Shown one piece after another: positions 22,741 to 34,365 of a DNA stretch of 59,160 nucleotides. The notes under the pieces are model-generated. The model made no database searches. It saw nothing but the letters and a program-made list of their open reading frames with translations, and had not been told where the DNA came from. This DNA is from Malacoraja senta (taxonomy: Eukaryota), in NCBI GenBank assembly GCA_038087875.1, contig JAXLNO010002217.1, positions 248,001-307,160 on the forward strand, given 5' to 3'. Numbering within the stretch: position 1 is the stretch's first letter; each line of letters begins with the position of its first letter. The position numbers and the translations under genes are program-made.

Positions 22741-23025
22741 TTTTAGTTTAAGTGATACAGCGCAGAAACAGGCCCTTCAGCCCATCGAGTCTGCGTCAAC
22801 CAGCGATCCCTGCACACTTACATTATCTTACTTATTAGGGGACAATTTACAATTATACCAAGCCAATTAACCTACAAACCTGTATGTCTTTGGACTGAGG
22901 GAAGAAACCGGAGATCCAGGCAAAACCCACGCAAGTCCCGGGGTGAAGGTACAAAACTCTGTACAGACGGGACCCGTAGTCAGAATTGAACCGGGTCTCT
23001 GGCGCTGTAAGGCAGCAGTTCCACC
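22741..23025 (-). mobile_element. V-SINE (HE1-like)
   Basis: Same head and core as 22370-22683. Confidence 0.75.
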
Positions 23026-24195
23026 GAGTGGGCAAAGCAGAGCCAAATGGAATACAGTGTAGCAAGTGTCTGGTTTTACATTTTGGCAGTCGGAATAAAG
23101 ACGTAGACTATTTACTAAATGGGGAGAGAATTCAGAAATCTGAGCTACAAAGTGGGAGTACTAGTGCAGGATTCCCAAATAGTTAATTTGCAGATTGAGT
23201 CAGTGGTAAGTAAGGCAAATGCAATGCCAGCATTCATTTTGGGGGGCCTAGGATATAAAAACAATGATATAATGCTGAGGATTTATCGGGCACTGGTGAG
23301 GACACATTTGGAATATTGTGAGCAGTCTTGGGCTCCATATTAGAAAGGATGTGCTGGCTTTGGAGAGGGTCCAGAGGAAGTGTGTCCTGGGGATGATTGA
23401 TTTAACGTATGAGGAGTGTTGGAAGTCTCTGTGCCTGTGCTCGTGGGATTTAGAAGGATGAGGTGGGAATCTCATTGAAACCTACCAGCAGGGCCGGATT
23501 TAGATGAAGAGAGGCCCTAAGCTGTTCCACTTGTAAGGGCCCCCCAACCCCCCACCCCCACGACCAGAGGAAGATGGTCCACCAGATTGACACCAATTTG
23601 CAGCCGGGCGTGGCCAATGAGATAAGGGGCTGGAAAGCTGGGCTTTATTTATTTATTTATTTATTTATTGCCTGTGCTTGTGTCGAGTTATTGGCTTAAA
23701 ACACTATTATTCTGAAATGGAAGGCAAGGAAAATTACTGAAGGGTTGTTTAGAGACTACAGTGCGTTGTGACAGCATATGTAAGAAAGGCCTATGGCAGT
23801 GTCAAAAATATTATACACCTTGCGGGGCTCTCACTTAATTTCTTTTCTCTGTTGTCAGCCGGGCAACCTTGGCAGCTTTTTAAGTTGCCAAATGACAGTT
23901 TAGGTGGTTATTTAAGATGGCTTGCATGGCGCGTGCGATAATGTGCTTGGCCGAAGTACGTAGTTACCAGTCAGAATTATGCTCAATGAAGCATTCACAT
24001 ATTATTTCTGCTTCAAATAAAGCCACAAACTAAACATATTCACCAATCATGACATGATATATACCACAATGACATGCAGCAAAATTATAATACTGTATCT
24101 TAACTCTTTTTACACGTTGCAATGAATGCAATTTCTATTATTTCTTTCCACTTCCAAACAAAAATGTGGTTGGATTATTTAGTGTATGATCAACC

Positions 24196-24803
24196 TCGGT
24201 GAGACCAAGCGCAGGCTTGGTGATCACTTCGCACAACACCTCAGTTCGCAATAACCAACCTGTTCTCCCGGTGGCTCAACACGTCAACTCCCCCTCCCAT
24301 TCCAAATCCGACCTTTCTGTCCTGGGCCTCCTCCATGGCCAGAGTGAGGCCCACCGCATATTGGAGGGGTAGTACCTCATATTTGCTTGGGTAGTTTACA
24401 CCCCAGCGGTAAGCACATTGGCTTCTCTAATTTCAGGTAGTCCTTGCATTCTCCCTCCTTCCCCTCCCATTCCCAGCTCTCACACAGCCTACTGTCTCCG
24501 CCTCTTCCTTTCTTTTTCATGTCATCCCCCCCCCCCGATATCAATCTGAAGAAGGGTCTCGACCCGAAACGTCGTCTATTCCTTCGCTCCACAGATGCTG
24601 CCTCACCCGCTGATTTTCTCCAGCTTTTTTGTCTACCAATGGGATCCCACCACCGGCCACATCTTCCCATCTCCTCCCCTGTTGGCTTTCCGTAGAGACC
24701 GCTCCCTCCGTAACTCCCTGGTCAATTCGTCCCTTCCCACCCAAACCACCCCCTCTCCTGGCACTTTCCCTTGCAACCGCAGGAAATGCTACACTTGTCG
24801 TTT
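24196..24803 (+). mobile_element. Penelope-like element fragments (GIY-YIG C-terminus, pseudo-LTR, upstream segment)
   Basis: GETKRRLGD...HL...LPVAQH.NSPSHS.SDLSVLGLLH-type coding remnant; pLTR tctgaagaagggtctcgacccgaaacgtc; DPTTGHIFPSPPLLAFRRDRSLRNSLV...CNRRKCYTC. Confidence 0.8.
24546..24573 (+). ncRNA. Minimal hammerhead-ribozyme-like core in a Penelope pseudo-LTR
   Basis: CTGAAGA-A-GGGT(CTCG)ACCC-GAAAC-GTC; stem I is very weak. Confidence 0.5.
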
Positions 24804-26865
24804 TAATTAAGTTCAAGACTATGAGGCTGTACATTGGCCATAAAGTTGCTGCCTAAAAGTTCCAGAGACCCGGAATTGATCCTGAATATGGGTGTTGTCA
24901 GTATGGAGTTTGCTCCTTTTCCCTTTGATCGCATGGGTTTTCTTCGGGTGCTCTTGTTTCCTTCCACATTCCAAAGGTGTGCAGGAACCTATTTCAGACC
25001 CAACCCAAAACGTAATATTTTGCTAATATTGTCCTGCTTTTTGTGTCTATCTTCAGTTTAAACCAGCATCTGCAGTTCCTTCCTACACACACGATACTAT
25101 ACAATAGAACTTTATTAATCCCAGGAGGGAAATTGTGTGTGTGTGTGTGTGTGGGTATATATATTATACACACACACACACATATATATTTATATAGTTA
25201 TATATTCATATATAAATATACACCGTTTTGTTTTCTCGTTTATAACATTGTTTACAGAGTACTACGGTTACATATTCTGTTGTGCCGCTGCAAGTAAGGA
25301 TTTCATTGTTCTAACTGGGACGTGAGAGAATAAAACACTCTTGACTCTTGACTTACTTCGCTAATGTGTAGGAAAGAACTAGTGTACGGGTGATCAATGG
25401 TCGGCATGGACTCGGTGGCCTGAAGGGCCTGTTTCCACGCTGTATCTTTAAATTAAACTAAAGACACTAAAACCAGAGGGAGTCTAAAGAAGGGTATCTA
25501 CCCGAAACGTCACCCAATTTCTTCTATCCTGAGTTGCTGGCTGCTCCATGGAGTTCCCCCACACAATTAAAGCATGGAATATTCTTCACCCTACCATAAT
25601 TACCCAACCAGACGCAAGTAAATTTAAGGTACCTCTTTCTCCCCCAAGAACCCTTTTTTGCTTAAGTCCAAATCAAGAATCAAGAGAGTTTTATTGTCAT
25701 GTGTCCCAGATAGGACAATGAAATTCTTGTTTGCTGCAGCACAACAGAATATGTGAACATAATACAGAACAGGAGATAAAAGTTCAGTCTGTTTATATAC
25801 CATAGACCATATATATACACAATAAATAAACAGATAAAATGCAATAGGCTGTTATTGTTCTGCCCTGTACCACCTCCAGTTTAAATTCCTTTTAGAATAT
25901 TTATGGAGGATCAGGAAAACAGAAGCGAGAGTTACTCCAGGGAGTTACTCCTGATCCAGGGCCAGGGAGTGATTCTGCGTTAGTTTTCAGCGGTTGCGGC
26001 GAGGCAGCAATGGCGGCCAAATCTCCCACGATTCAAAGCGAGGGAGAAAGTGCCCAGCGCCGACCAGTTGCCGTGGCAGTGCGCATGCGCAGGGCGGCCG
26101 ATGATTTGCGGGCCGTGGTTGTGCGCATGTGCAGGGGAGGACGTGCTGGCCGTAGCAGTGCGCATGTGCAAGGCGGCCGGCCGTGCCGGCGGATGAGGAG
26201 CGAGCGGAGAGAGGATAGCGGGCGGAGAGAGAGATAGAGAGAGGGGGCTGCCCAGAGTTGAACGGCAGGTGTCCTGCCTTGGCCGGAGGCCCCCTACATT
26301 TCAGGGCCCGAGGCTGCAGCCTATGCAGCCTAGTGGTAAATCCGGCTCTGCGAGCCCCTCCTAGATCTCCAGGCCCTAAGCTGAAGCTTGTCCAGCTTAT
26401 ACGTAAATCCGGCCCTGCCTACCAGATAATGAAATGCCTGGTTAGTTGATGTGGAAAGGAAGTTTTCAGTAATGGGAGTCTAGCACAGCCTCACAATAAA
26501 AATACCTACCTTCAATATGGAGATGAGGAATTTCTTTAGTCACAGGGTGGTGAATCTGTGGAATTCATTGATACAAACAGCTGTGTGCGTCGTCATTGCA
26601 TATTTTTCAAGCAGAGATTGATAGGTTCTTGATTAGTACGGGTCACAAAGGTTACAGGGAGAAGGAAGGAGAATGGGATTTAGCAGTAAAAATCGATCTG
26701 CCATGACTGAATGGTGGAGTAGACTCAATGGACTTGAAAGGCATAATTCTGCTCCAATATCTTATGGTCAAAATTATTCTTATGTCACCCTTAACTCACT
26801 CATCCAAATGTAGGAACAATGGAAGCAAGATAGGCTGATCCTGGACAAGGTCTCTTATCTTCTTC

Positions 26866-28695
26866 CTTGGGCATCTAGTTAATTTTCTGATAGTAGTTAG
26901 TTACACAAAAGACCAATAGTGGTGCCATATCCGACCCCATTATCAGTCTGAAGTAGCTACACCTGTTGCAAGAGAGCGAGAGCGAGAGAGAGAAAATTAA
27001 ATTCTCAGTTATCATTGAAATATCAGCAAAGTTTAAAACCTTTGAAGTTTTATCAACTATAAATGGGTTCACTTATTTGCTATAATAACAATCATCAACA
27101 TAAGAAAATGGCCTTGTTGACCTCTACACTGCAAATAGTCATCTATTTCTGACGTACTTGATTCTTTAAATTCTTAATTAAATGCTGCAGATAAAATCTC
27201 AATACCATAATACTAATATGAGCTTAATGATTTTTCATTGATCATTTTAAGCACATCCATCCTCTGTATAAATACATAAATCTAAAACTTTATTACTTTT
27301 TAATTAGATATGAACAGTGCTAGTTTAATTTAGATAATAAAATCATTACAAAGTTGTTATTGATCAATAAATGTTTAAAATGCACTATATATGCCAACAG
27401 AGAGGGCAGTGAAAGAAGATATAAAGATTAGGATCGTGACTGGAGCTGTAATCGTTCCTCTCATTCTCCTGGGGATCATCCTTGGAATTGGTTGCTGGAA
27501 GAAGAGGAAAAAGATAAAACCTTTCAATGAACAGGGACCAGCTGACAACAGCAGAGACCAGGAGAGGACCATGAAGTACAATCAGCTTCCTTTGGGATAC
27601 AGAGGAGGTCTACCGGAATGATGCTTGGATTAGTGGGGTATTAGCCACAGGGAAAAGTTGGACAGACTGGACAGTTGGATTGTTTTCTCTGGAATGTCGG
27701 GGATTGAGGGGAGACCTGACAGTAATATATCAAACTGGGAGGAGTAGAGATAGGGTAGACCATCCGACTTTTTACCCAGGAAGGAAATATGAAATAAGAG
27801 CAGGTACAGCTTTACAATGAGTGGCAAAGTTTAAAAAAGATGTGCAGGACAAGTGTTTTACGCCAAGGGTGGCGAGTGACTGGAATGTGCTGCCGGGGGT
27901 GGTGGTGGAAACAGATATGATAGTGGCATTTAAGAGACTTTTAGATAGGCACTTGTATATGCAGGGAATGGATGGATATGGATTATGTGCAAGCAGATAA
28001 CAATTGGTCTTGGCATCATGTTCGGCACAAACATTGTGGGTCAAAGGGCCTGTTATTGTGCTGTACTGTTCTATGTTCTATGCTCTTTATTGTATCAATG
28101 CTGACTGATGACTTTACATTCAGCCATTAATTTTTCAAGTGCTGTTTTCACTGCAGTTACCCTGTGATTCCAAAGTCATACATTGCGCCACATTTTGGAA
28201 TAAAAGGTCGCCTATTTGATTGATTGATACTTTCCATATGTGTCATGTCACAGTGAAATTCTTTGTTTTGCATGACATACAAAGAGTCACCATATATAGG
28301 GTGTCGACGCAGTTACAAAGTAATCATTACAGTTCCCAATGGTCCCTCTTTGTTCTGGCAGCCCCTCCATGTTGGGTCCCTCTTTAAAATAGTTACGAAG
28401 AAGATTTATTTTCCAGGAGGTGTATGATTTGCCTGAACTTTCTATTCCAGCTGTGAAGACAAGGTGAATGAATATTTTCCAGGTTGAGATATAGAGAGTT
28501 TTAGATCAGAAATGAATCAAAGAGAGCAGGAATAATGCAGTAAACTGATCGAAATCAGATTGGACATAATGTTATTGAATGATGCAGTCTTTTCAAGGGG
28601 GGTTACAGCTGATTACTAATCTTATTTTATATAAAACATAAAAATGTTCATCTCAGGAAGAGGTCCTTTGGCCCACAATGACTGTGGTGAACATG
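26866..28695 (+). repeat. Duplicated block, copy 2
   Basis: Paralog of 15953-17960; lacks about 190 bp present near 16050-16260. Confidence 0.95.
27401..27621 (+). CDS. TM + cytoplasmic terminal exon of an MHC class I-like gene, copy 2
   Basis: Acceptor ccaacag|; phase 1, compatible with the alpha3 donor at 22277. (E)RAVKEDIKIRIVTGAVIVPLILLGIILGIGCWKKRKKIKPF...MKYNQLPLGYRGGLPE*. AATAAA at 28199-28204. Confidence 0.8.
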
Positions 28696-28805
28696 ATGAG
28701 ATGCTAAACTGATCCCATCCAACTGCAACATGATCCATATCCCTCTATTTCCTGCACATCAGATTGTCAATCTAACTCTCAAACATCATATACTTATCTT
28801 GCCAG

Positions 28806-28985
28806 AGATAGACACAAAAAGCTGGAAAACTCACCGGATCAGACAGCATCTCTGGATACAAGACATAGGTGACATTTCGGGATGCGACCCTTGTTCAGAC
28901 TCCAGAAATGCTGTTTGACCCGCTGAGTTACTCCAGCTTTTTGAGCCTATCTTCGGTTTAAACCTGCATCTGCAGTTTCTTCCTA
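28806..28985. mobile_element. Fold-back Penelope pseudo-LTR remnant
   Basis: Inverted arms 28806-28856 and 28901-28952 with a degenerate minus-strand hammerhead-like core between them. Confidence 0.65.
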
Positions 28986-29183
28986 GTTATTTTGCCACTT
29001 CTCTTTGTCACATACTGTAACCTGCATTCCGTGTTCACATACCTGATGGTGTAGTGGAGAAGTAATTGCCTTTGCATTTAATGCTTCACTCAGTGCTTCA
29101 AGTATTTGATGGGCCAGTCAACAAGGATCTTTGTTTTCAATACGAACCATGCTCTACACCACAGCTTACATAATATTGCTTAG

Positions 29184-29425
29184 TTTAGTTGAGTTATAGA
29201 GCATGGATGCAGAGCCTTCAGCAATTCAAGTTGATAACATCCATCTTGCACACCAGTTCTATGTTATCCCTCTTTCACATCCTCTTTCGATACACTAGGG
29301 CAATTTTACAAAGGCCAACTCACCTACATACCTGTACATCATTGAGATGTGCGAGGAAACCGGAGCACCGGGAGAAATCCCACGTGCTCACAGGGAGAAC
29401 ATGCAAACTCCACATAGACAACATC
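29184..29425 (-). mobile_element. Degenerate V-SINE
   Basis: gaggaaaccggagcaccgggagaaatcccacgtgctcacagggagaacatgcaaactcc = V-domain, reversed. Confidence 0.65.
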
Positions 29426-30375
29426 CCAGTACCATGTCCTGTGAATATTTATGGAACACGGTAACGTATGGGGGCTGTGTTTTCTTAACCATACAGAGCA
29501 CTGGGAACAATACTCATTATCAAAGCTGTGGTGTAATAGCTGTGGAAGTGTTTTATGTGCAACAGACCGAGAATTTCATTGTATATCCACCAGTGTCATT
29601 TCTGAATTATGAGCATTTAATAAAATAATTTTCAATGAGTTTTACCAAGACGTTAGCATGCTACACTGACCTATATACTTGTTTTGTCATTGTTAATACT
29701 ACAGACAGCTATTTACTCAATCATAAGTTCATAAGATCATAAGTGATAGGAACAGAATTAGGCCATTCGTCCCATCTATCATGGCTGATCTATCCTATCC
29801 TCCAAACCCCATTTTCTTGCCTTCTCCCCATAACCCCTGACACCCGTACTATTGAAGAATCTATCTTTCTCTATCCATTGACAGCCTCCACAGCCTTCAG
29901 TGGCAGAATTCCACAGATTCACCACCCTCTGAATAAAGAAATTCCTCCTCATCTCCTTTCTAAAGGAGTGTACTTTAATTGTGAGGCTTTGCCCTCTGCT
30001 GAGATGCTCCCACTAGTGGAAACATCCTCTCAACATCCACTCTATCCAGGCCTTTCACTATTTGGTAACTGTAGATGGTTTATGCATGCAACCAATAATA
30101 TAGCTACCTCAGTACTACTAACCACGCCTTAGTTATCAAGTATAAGAACTCTCTGTCCCTCTTGCTCCTCCCTGGTTCAAGCATGATGACAGACTGGGTG
30201 CAGTCAGTGCTGGAAAGTGTTTAACCTGTGTTATCATTAAACGTTAAGTAAAGCTACAAGTGAGTCAGACTTAACATCTTTACATGGTGTCAGCAAGTTA
30301 AAACGCGCGCCTCCTGTTTATCGTTTTTTTATTTCTTTGAAAGTGTTGCTTTATCGGAGTTTTGTACCTTTTGCC

Positions 30376-31055
30376 ATGGCATCCTCGTGCCGCAAACCCT
30401 TGCCCCTAGTCTTTGATGCTGACATAGCTGAACGCTGGGCGACTTTTGAAATGGACTTCACACATTATATTAATATCGTTCATCGCAACGATCCTGACAT
30501 TGTTAAAGCTTCTCTCCTACTGAACCTTGCTAGTCCCGATGCCATGAGGAGAGCACGAGCCTTCGCCTATGATCCCGCGGTCCGGGATGAAAACGATCGG
30601 GTTCAAGTACCTGTGGAGTCTGCCAACGATCCGGTATGTCTATTGCGAAAGTTTGCAGAAATTTACGACTTGCCCTCTAATCGCATTTTAGAGCGAGCCA
30701 AGTTTTTTACGAGAAAGCAACAGCCTGATGAACCTGTTGAATGCATTATTGCGGATCTGCGCTATCTCGCCCAGAGGTGTCGATTTGAAAACATGACTGA
30801 CCAGCTTACCAGGGACATTCTAGTGACAGGTATGCTGGATCAGAAATTGCGATCGTAGCTATTGAGAAGGCCGGATCTTACTCTGACCGACGCAATGCAT
30901 GCATGCAGGTTGGCTGAAGTCGTTGACCCGTTGTTCGGACAAAGGGACGCTGTTGGTCGATCGGTCAACTTAACTGGTCTCAACAGACCGCGTCCTAAAA
31001 TAGACAACTCTAGACCCGCGCTGCGGGCAGGCTACGTCCCCGGAGGACGGGTTGC
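30376..31055 (+). pseudogene. Gypsy C gag, truncated
   Basis: MASSCRKPLPLVFDADIAERW...KASLLLNLASPDA; homologous to B gag; stop at 30856-30858. Confidence 0.85.
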
Positions 31056-31090
31056 CGTCTGTCGGGCCACCCATGCTTGATGATGGCTGC

Positions 31091-32542
31091 CAGCTGCAGT
31101 GCCTGGTCGAGCACACCGCCGCTGACCCTGCTTTGCAGCAGCTGGCAGCCATCATCAAGCGTGGGTGGCCCGACAGACGCACCAATTTGCCATCGGGTGC
31201 CCAACCGTTCTTCCTTGTCCGCGATGAGCTGGTGATCCAGGATGGGGTTATCGTCAAAGGCCACAAGGTCGTGGTCCCAGCCTCTCTGTACGATCTATAC
31301 TACAACGCAGCCCACAACGGTCATCCTGGGGTCGAGGCCACTGTTTCTCATGCCCAGGGACAATTCTACTGGCCTAGCATGGCCAAATACATCAGGAACC
31401 GTGTGTCCTCTTGTGCCTCCTGCAACAACCTTACCCCACACCAGCAGCGCCTGCCTCTTTTGCAGCAGCCGGCGCCGGCCATGCCCTGGACATCGCTGGC
31501 TGCCGATATATTCGAATGGCGGGGGAAGCAGTTTCTCATCCTGGTGGACTAATACTCCAACTGGTTCGAGGTGGACCTCCTTCCGTCCGTCACCTCCGGG
31601 ATGGTCATCGCCAAAATGCGGGAGCATTTCGCCGCCCACGGTGTCCCTGTCCGTTTGCAGACCGACAATGGACGGCAATTCACAAGTGCCGAATTCAAAG
31701 CTTTCGCTGCGAGGTGGAACTTCCATCACTACACCAGCAGCCCTGAGTACCCTCAGAGTAACGGCCTGGCCGAACGGGCCGTGCGGAGTGCTAAGGGCCT
31801 GATGGAGCAGTCCCGCCTGTCTAACTGCGATTTCTACCTGGGCTTACTAAACCTACGTAACGTCTCACGGGACCCGGCTATGGGTTCCCCTGCCCAGCGT
31901 CTGATGTCAAGGGTTACAAGACCACCTATGCCAATCGTCCAGCAGTCCCTGCTACTGAAAGTGCTCAATCCTGCCACTGTCCAACAACGGATCGATCAGA
32001 AACATGAAGTTCAACGACGGTCCCACGACAGGTCCTGCCGCCCTCTACTGCCTCTACTACCCTGGCAGGTCGTTCGGATGCGGACCACCACCGGCTATTC
32101 CCGCCTCGCGACTGTGATTGGTGTGGACGACTCTCCAAGATCCTACCTGGTGGATTACGAGGGGACTACCTATCGACGGAGCCGTCAACACCTGTTGGCT
32201 GTGAACGAGCCGAAGCTTCTTCCTGCGGCTCCTTATGCTCCTCCGTTGCGGTTCCTACCTGCTGCTGCTGATCGCCCTGCTGCTCCATGCATGCCCCAGT
32301 CCCCTCGCTTATTGCGGTCTCCTTCTCCGTTGCCTCCTGGTTTTGGCCGGGCGGTTTCACCTGCTGCACGTCCTCCCCCTCCTGTCTCTCCCGCTCCGAC
32401 TGCATCTCCCCCTCCCTTAACATTCTTGCCTGCCTCCGCTACGCCTTCTCTTCTTTCCGATGGGGGGGGGGGGGGAGGTGCTGTACGTACGCGTTTGGGT
32501 CGCATTGTTAAGCCGCCTGTCCGCTACGGCGACTTTGTCTAA
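31091..32542 (+). pseudogene. Gypsy C integrase region
   Basis: QLQCLVEHT...HPGVEAT...CASC; TDNGRQF...SNGLAERAV; in-frame stop at 31550-31552; ends RTRLGRIVKPPVRYGDFV*. Confidence 0.9.
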
Positions 32543-34045
32543 ACTCGCATGTTTATTGTAATGACACTATCCCAATTGCCTCCATGTGTATTTGATTTCT
32601 AAGGGGAAGGATGTAGATGGTTTATGCATGCAACCAATAATATAGCTACCTCAGTACTACTAACCACGCCTTAGTTATCAAGTATAAGAACTCTCTCTCC
32701 CTCTTGCTCCTCCCTGGTTCCATCATGATGACAGACTGGGTGCAGTAAGTGCTGGAAAGTGTTTAACCTGTGTTATCATTAAACGTTAAGTAAAGCTACA
32801 AGTGAGTCAGACTTAACATCTTTACAGTAAGTTTCAATGAGATCTCCCTCATCCTTCTAAACTCCAGCGAGTAGAGGCCTAGTGCCGTCAAACGCTCATC
32901 AGAACGGAATAACAACAACTTTACTCTTCATATAACCAATTGTGAAAATTCACACCTCCACATTCAGGGACAGTCTCCTCCCAATTGTTATCAGGCAACT
33001 GAAACCATCCTACCAACAACCAGGGTGCAGTCTTGAACTACTGTCTCCTGCATTGGAGATCATCGGACAATCTTTGATCGGACTTTACTGCCTTTATCTT
33101 GCACTAAACGTTATTCACGTTATTCCCTTTATCATATATCTGTACACTATGGATGGCTCGATTGTAATCATGTATTGTCTTTCCACTGACTGGTCAGCAC
33201 ATTTAGTTTATTTAGTTTAGAGATACAGGGCGGAAACAGGGTCCGCACCAATTCCCGCACACCAACACTATCCTACACACACTTGGAACAGGTTTACATT
33301 AATACCAACCCAATTAACCTACATACCCATAGTCAAAATCAAACCCGGCTGTGTGGCACTTAAGGCAGCAACTCCAGTGGTGCATCACCATGTTGCCCTT
33401 ATTGTTGTAGGATGTGCAGGGAATGGAGGTATATTATATGCCGGCAGATTGGAGTTGGTCTTGGCATCATGTTCAACACAGACATTGCGGGCCAAAGGGC
33501 CTGTTCCTGTGCTATACTGATCTATTGTGGTGATTGTGAAAACACATAATAATTACTTGATTGCTGATATCTTAAGTGTATTTACTAGGTACATTAAATA
33601 TTCAGACAAAACTAAATTCCATTCCCGAGTCATTTAATTCCCACACCCCATTCAGCGTGAAGCATCAACTTTCTTGAGGTAATGATATATTTATTTGCTG
33701 TTAATATTTAACTGTGAGTTTAATGTTACACCAAATGGCAATTGGCTTGTTTCCATCAGTGTTTGCAATCTGGGTGACCCTGAATTTATTGCTTAGGTGT
33801 GAGATTCCTCGCAAGGACTGAGATGAGGCAGAAACTTGACTGTTACAGACTTTTTGGAGGGGTTTGCAAGATTTTGACCCAACACCTCCGAAGGCAAGAC
33901 AATATATTTACAAGCAGCATCAAACACACCTCAGACAGTGTCATCAAGGCATTCATCACTGTCTGTGAAAAAACATGCCCTGCACATTTCCTTTAAACTC
34001 TCATCTTAAAGCTATGCCCTCTTGTATTCAATGTTTCCATCCATG

Positions 34046-34365
34046 TTAAGTTTAGTTTATTTTAGTTTAGAGATACAGCGCGGAAACAGGCCCTTCGTCC
34101 CACCGAGTCCGCACCGACTAGTGATCCCTGGGAATTAGCACTACCCTACACACACTAGGGATGATTTACACATACACCAAGCCAATTAATCTACATACCT
34201 GTACATCTTTGGAGTGCGGGAGGAAACCGAAGATCTTGGAGAAAACCCATGCTGTCACGGAGAGAACGTACAAACTCCTTACAGACAGCACCCGTGGTCG
34301 GGATGGAACCTGGGTCTCCCACGCTGCAAGCGCTGTAAAGCAGCAACTCTACCGCTGCGCCACAG
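34046..34365 (-). mobile_element. V-SINE (HE1-like)
   Basis: Same head, core and tail as 22370-22683. Confidence 0.8.

Larger units (their letters stand above)
23489..26417. mobile_element. Non-autonomous hAT-type DNA transposon carrying nested repeats
   Basis: 14-bp TIR CAGGGCCGGATTTA; 8-bp TSD CCTACCAG (23481-23488, 26418-26425); no transposase ORF. Confidence 0.9.
23027..26770 (+). mobile_element. CR1 RT C-terminal fragment (23027-23488 and 26418-26770) split by the hAT element
   Basis: YRALVRTHLEYCEQSWAP; sequence reads through once the hAT element and one TSD copy are removed. Confidence 0.8.
30070..32826 (+). mobile_element. Ty3/Gypsy element C, internally deleted (gag + integrase only)
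   Basis: 215-bp LTRs 30070-30284 and 32612-32826 (4 mismatches); PBS TGGTGTCAG 30285-30293; PPT 32601-32611; 5-bp TSD GTAAC/GTAAG (4/5). No protease, RT or RNase H motifs. Confidence 0.95.
29722..32900 (-). mobile_element. CR1 3' fragment (29722-30069 and 32827-32900) split by Gypsy C
   Basis: cctttcactatttggtaa|gtttcaatgagatctccctcatccttctaaactccagc reads through across the insertion. Confidence 0.75.
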
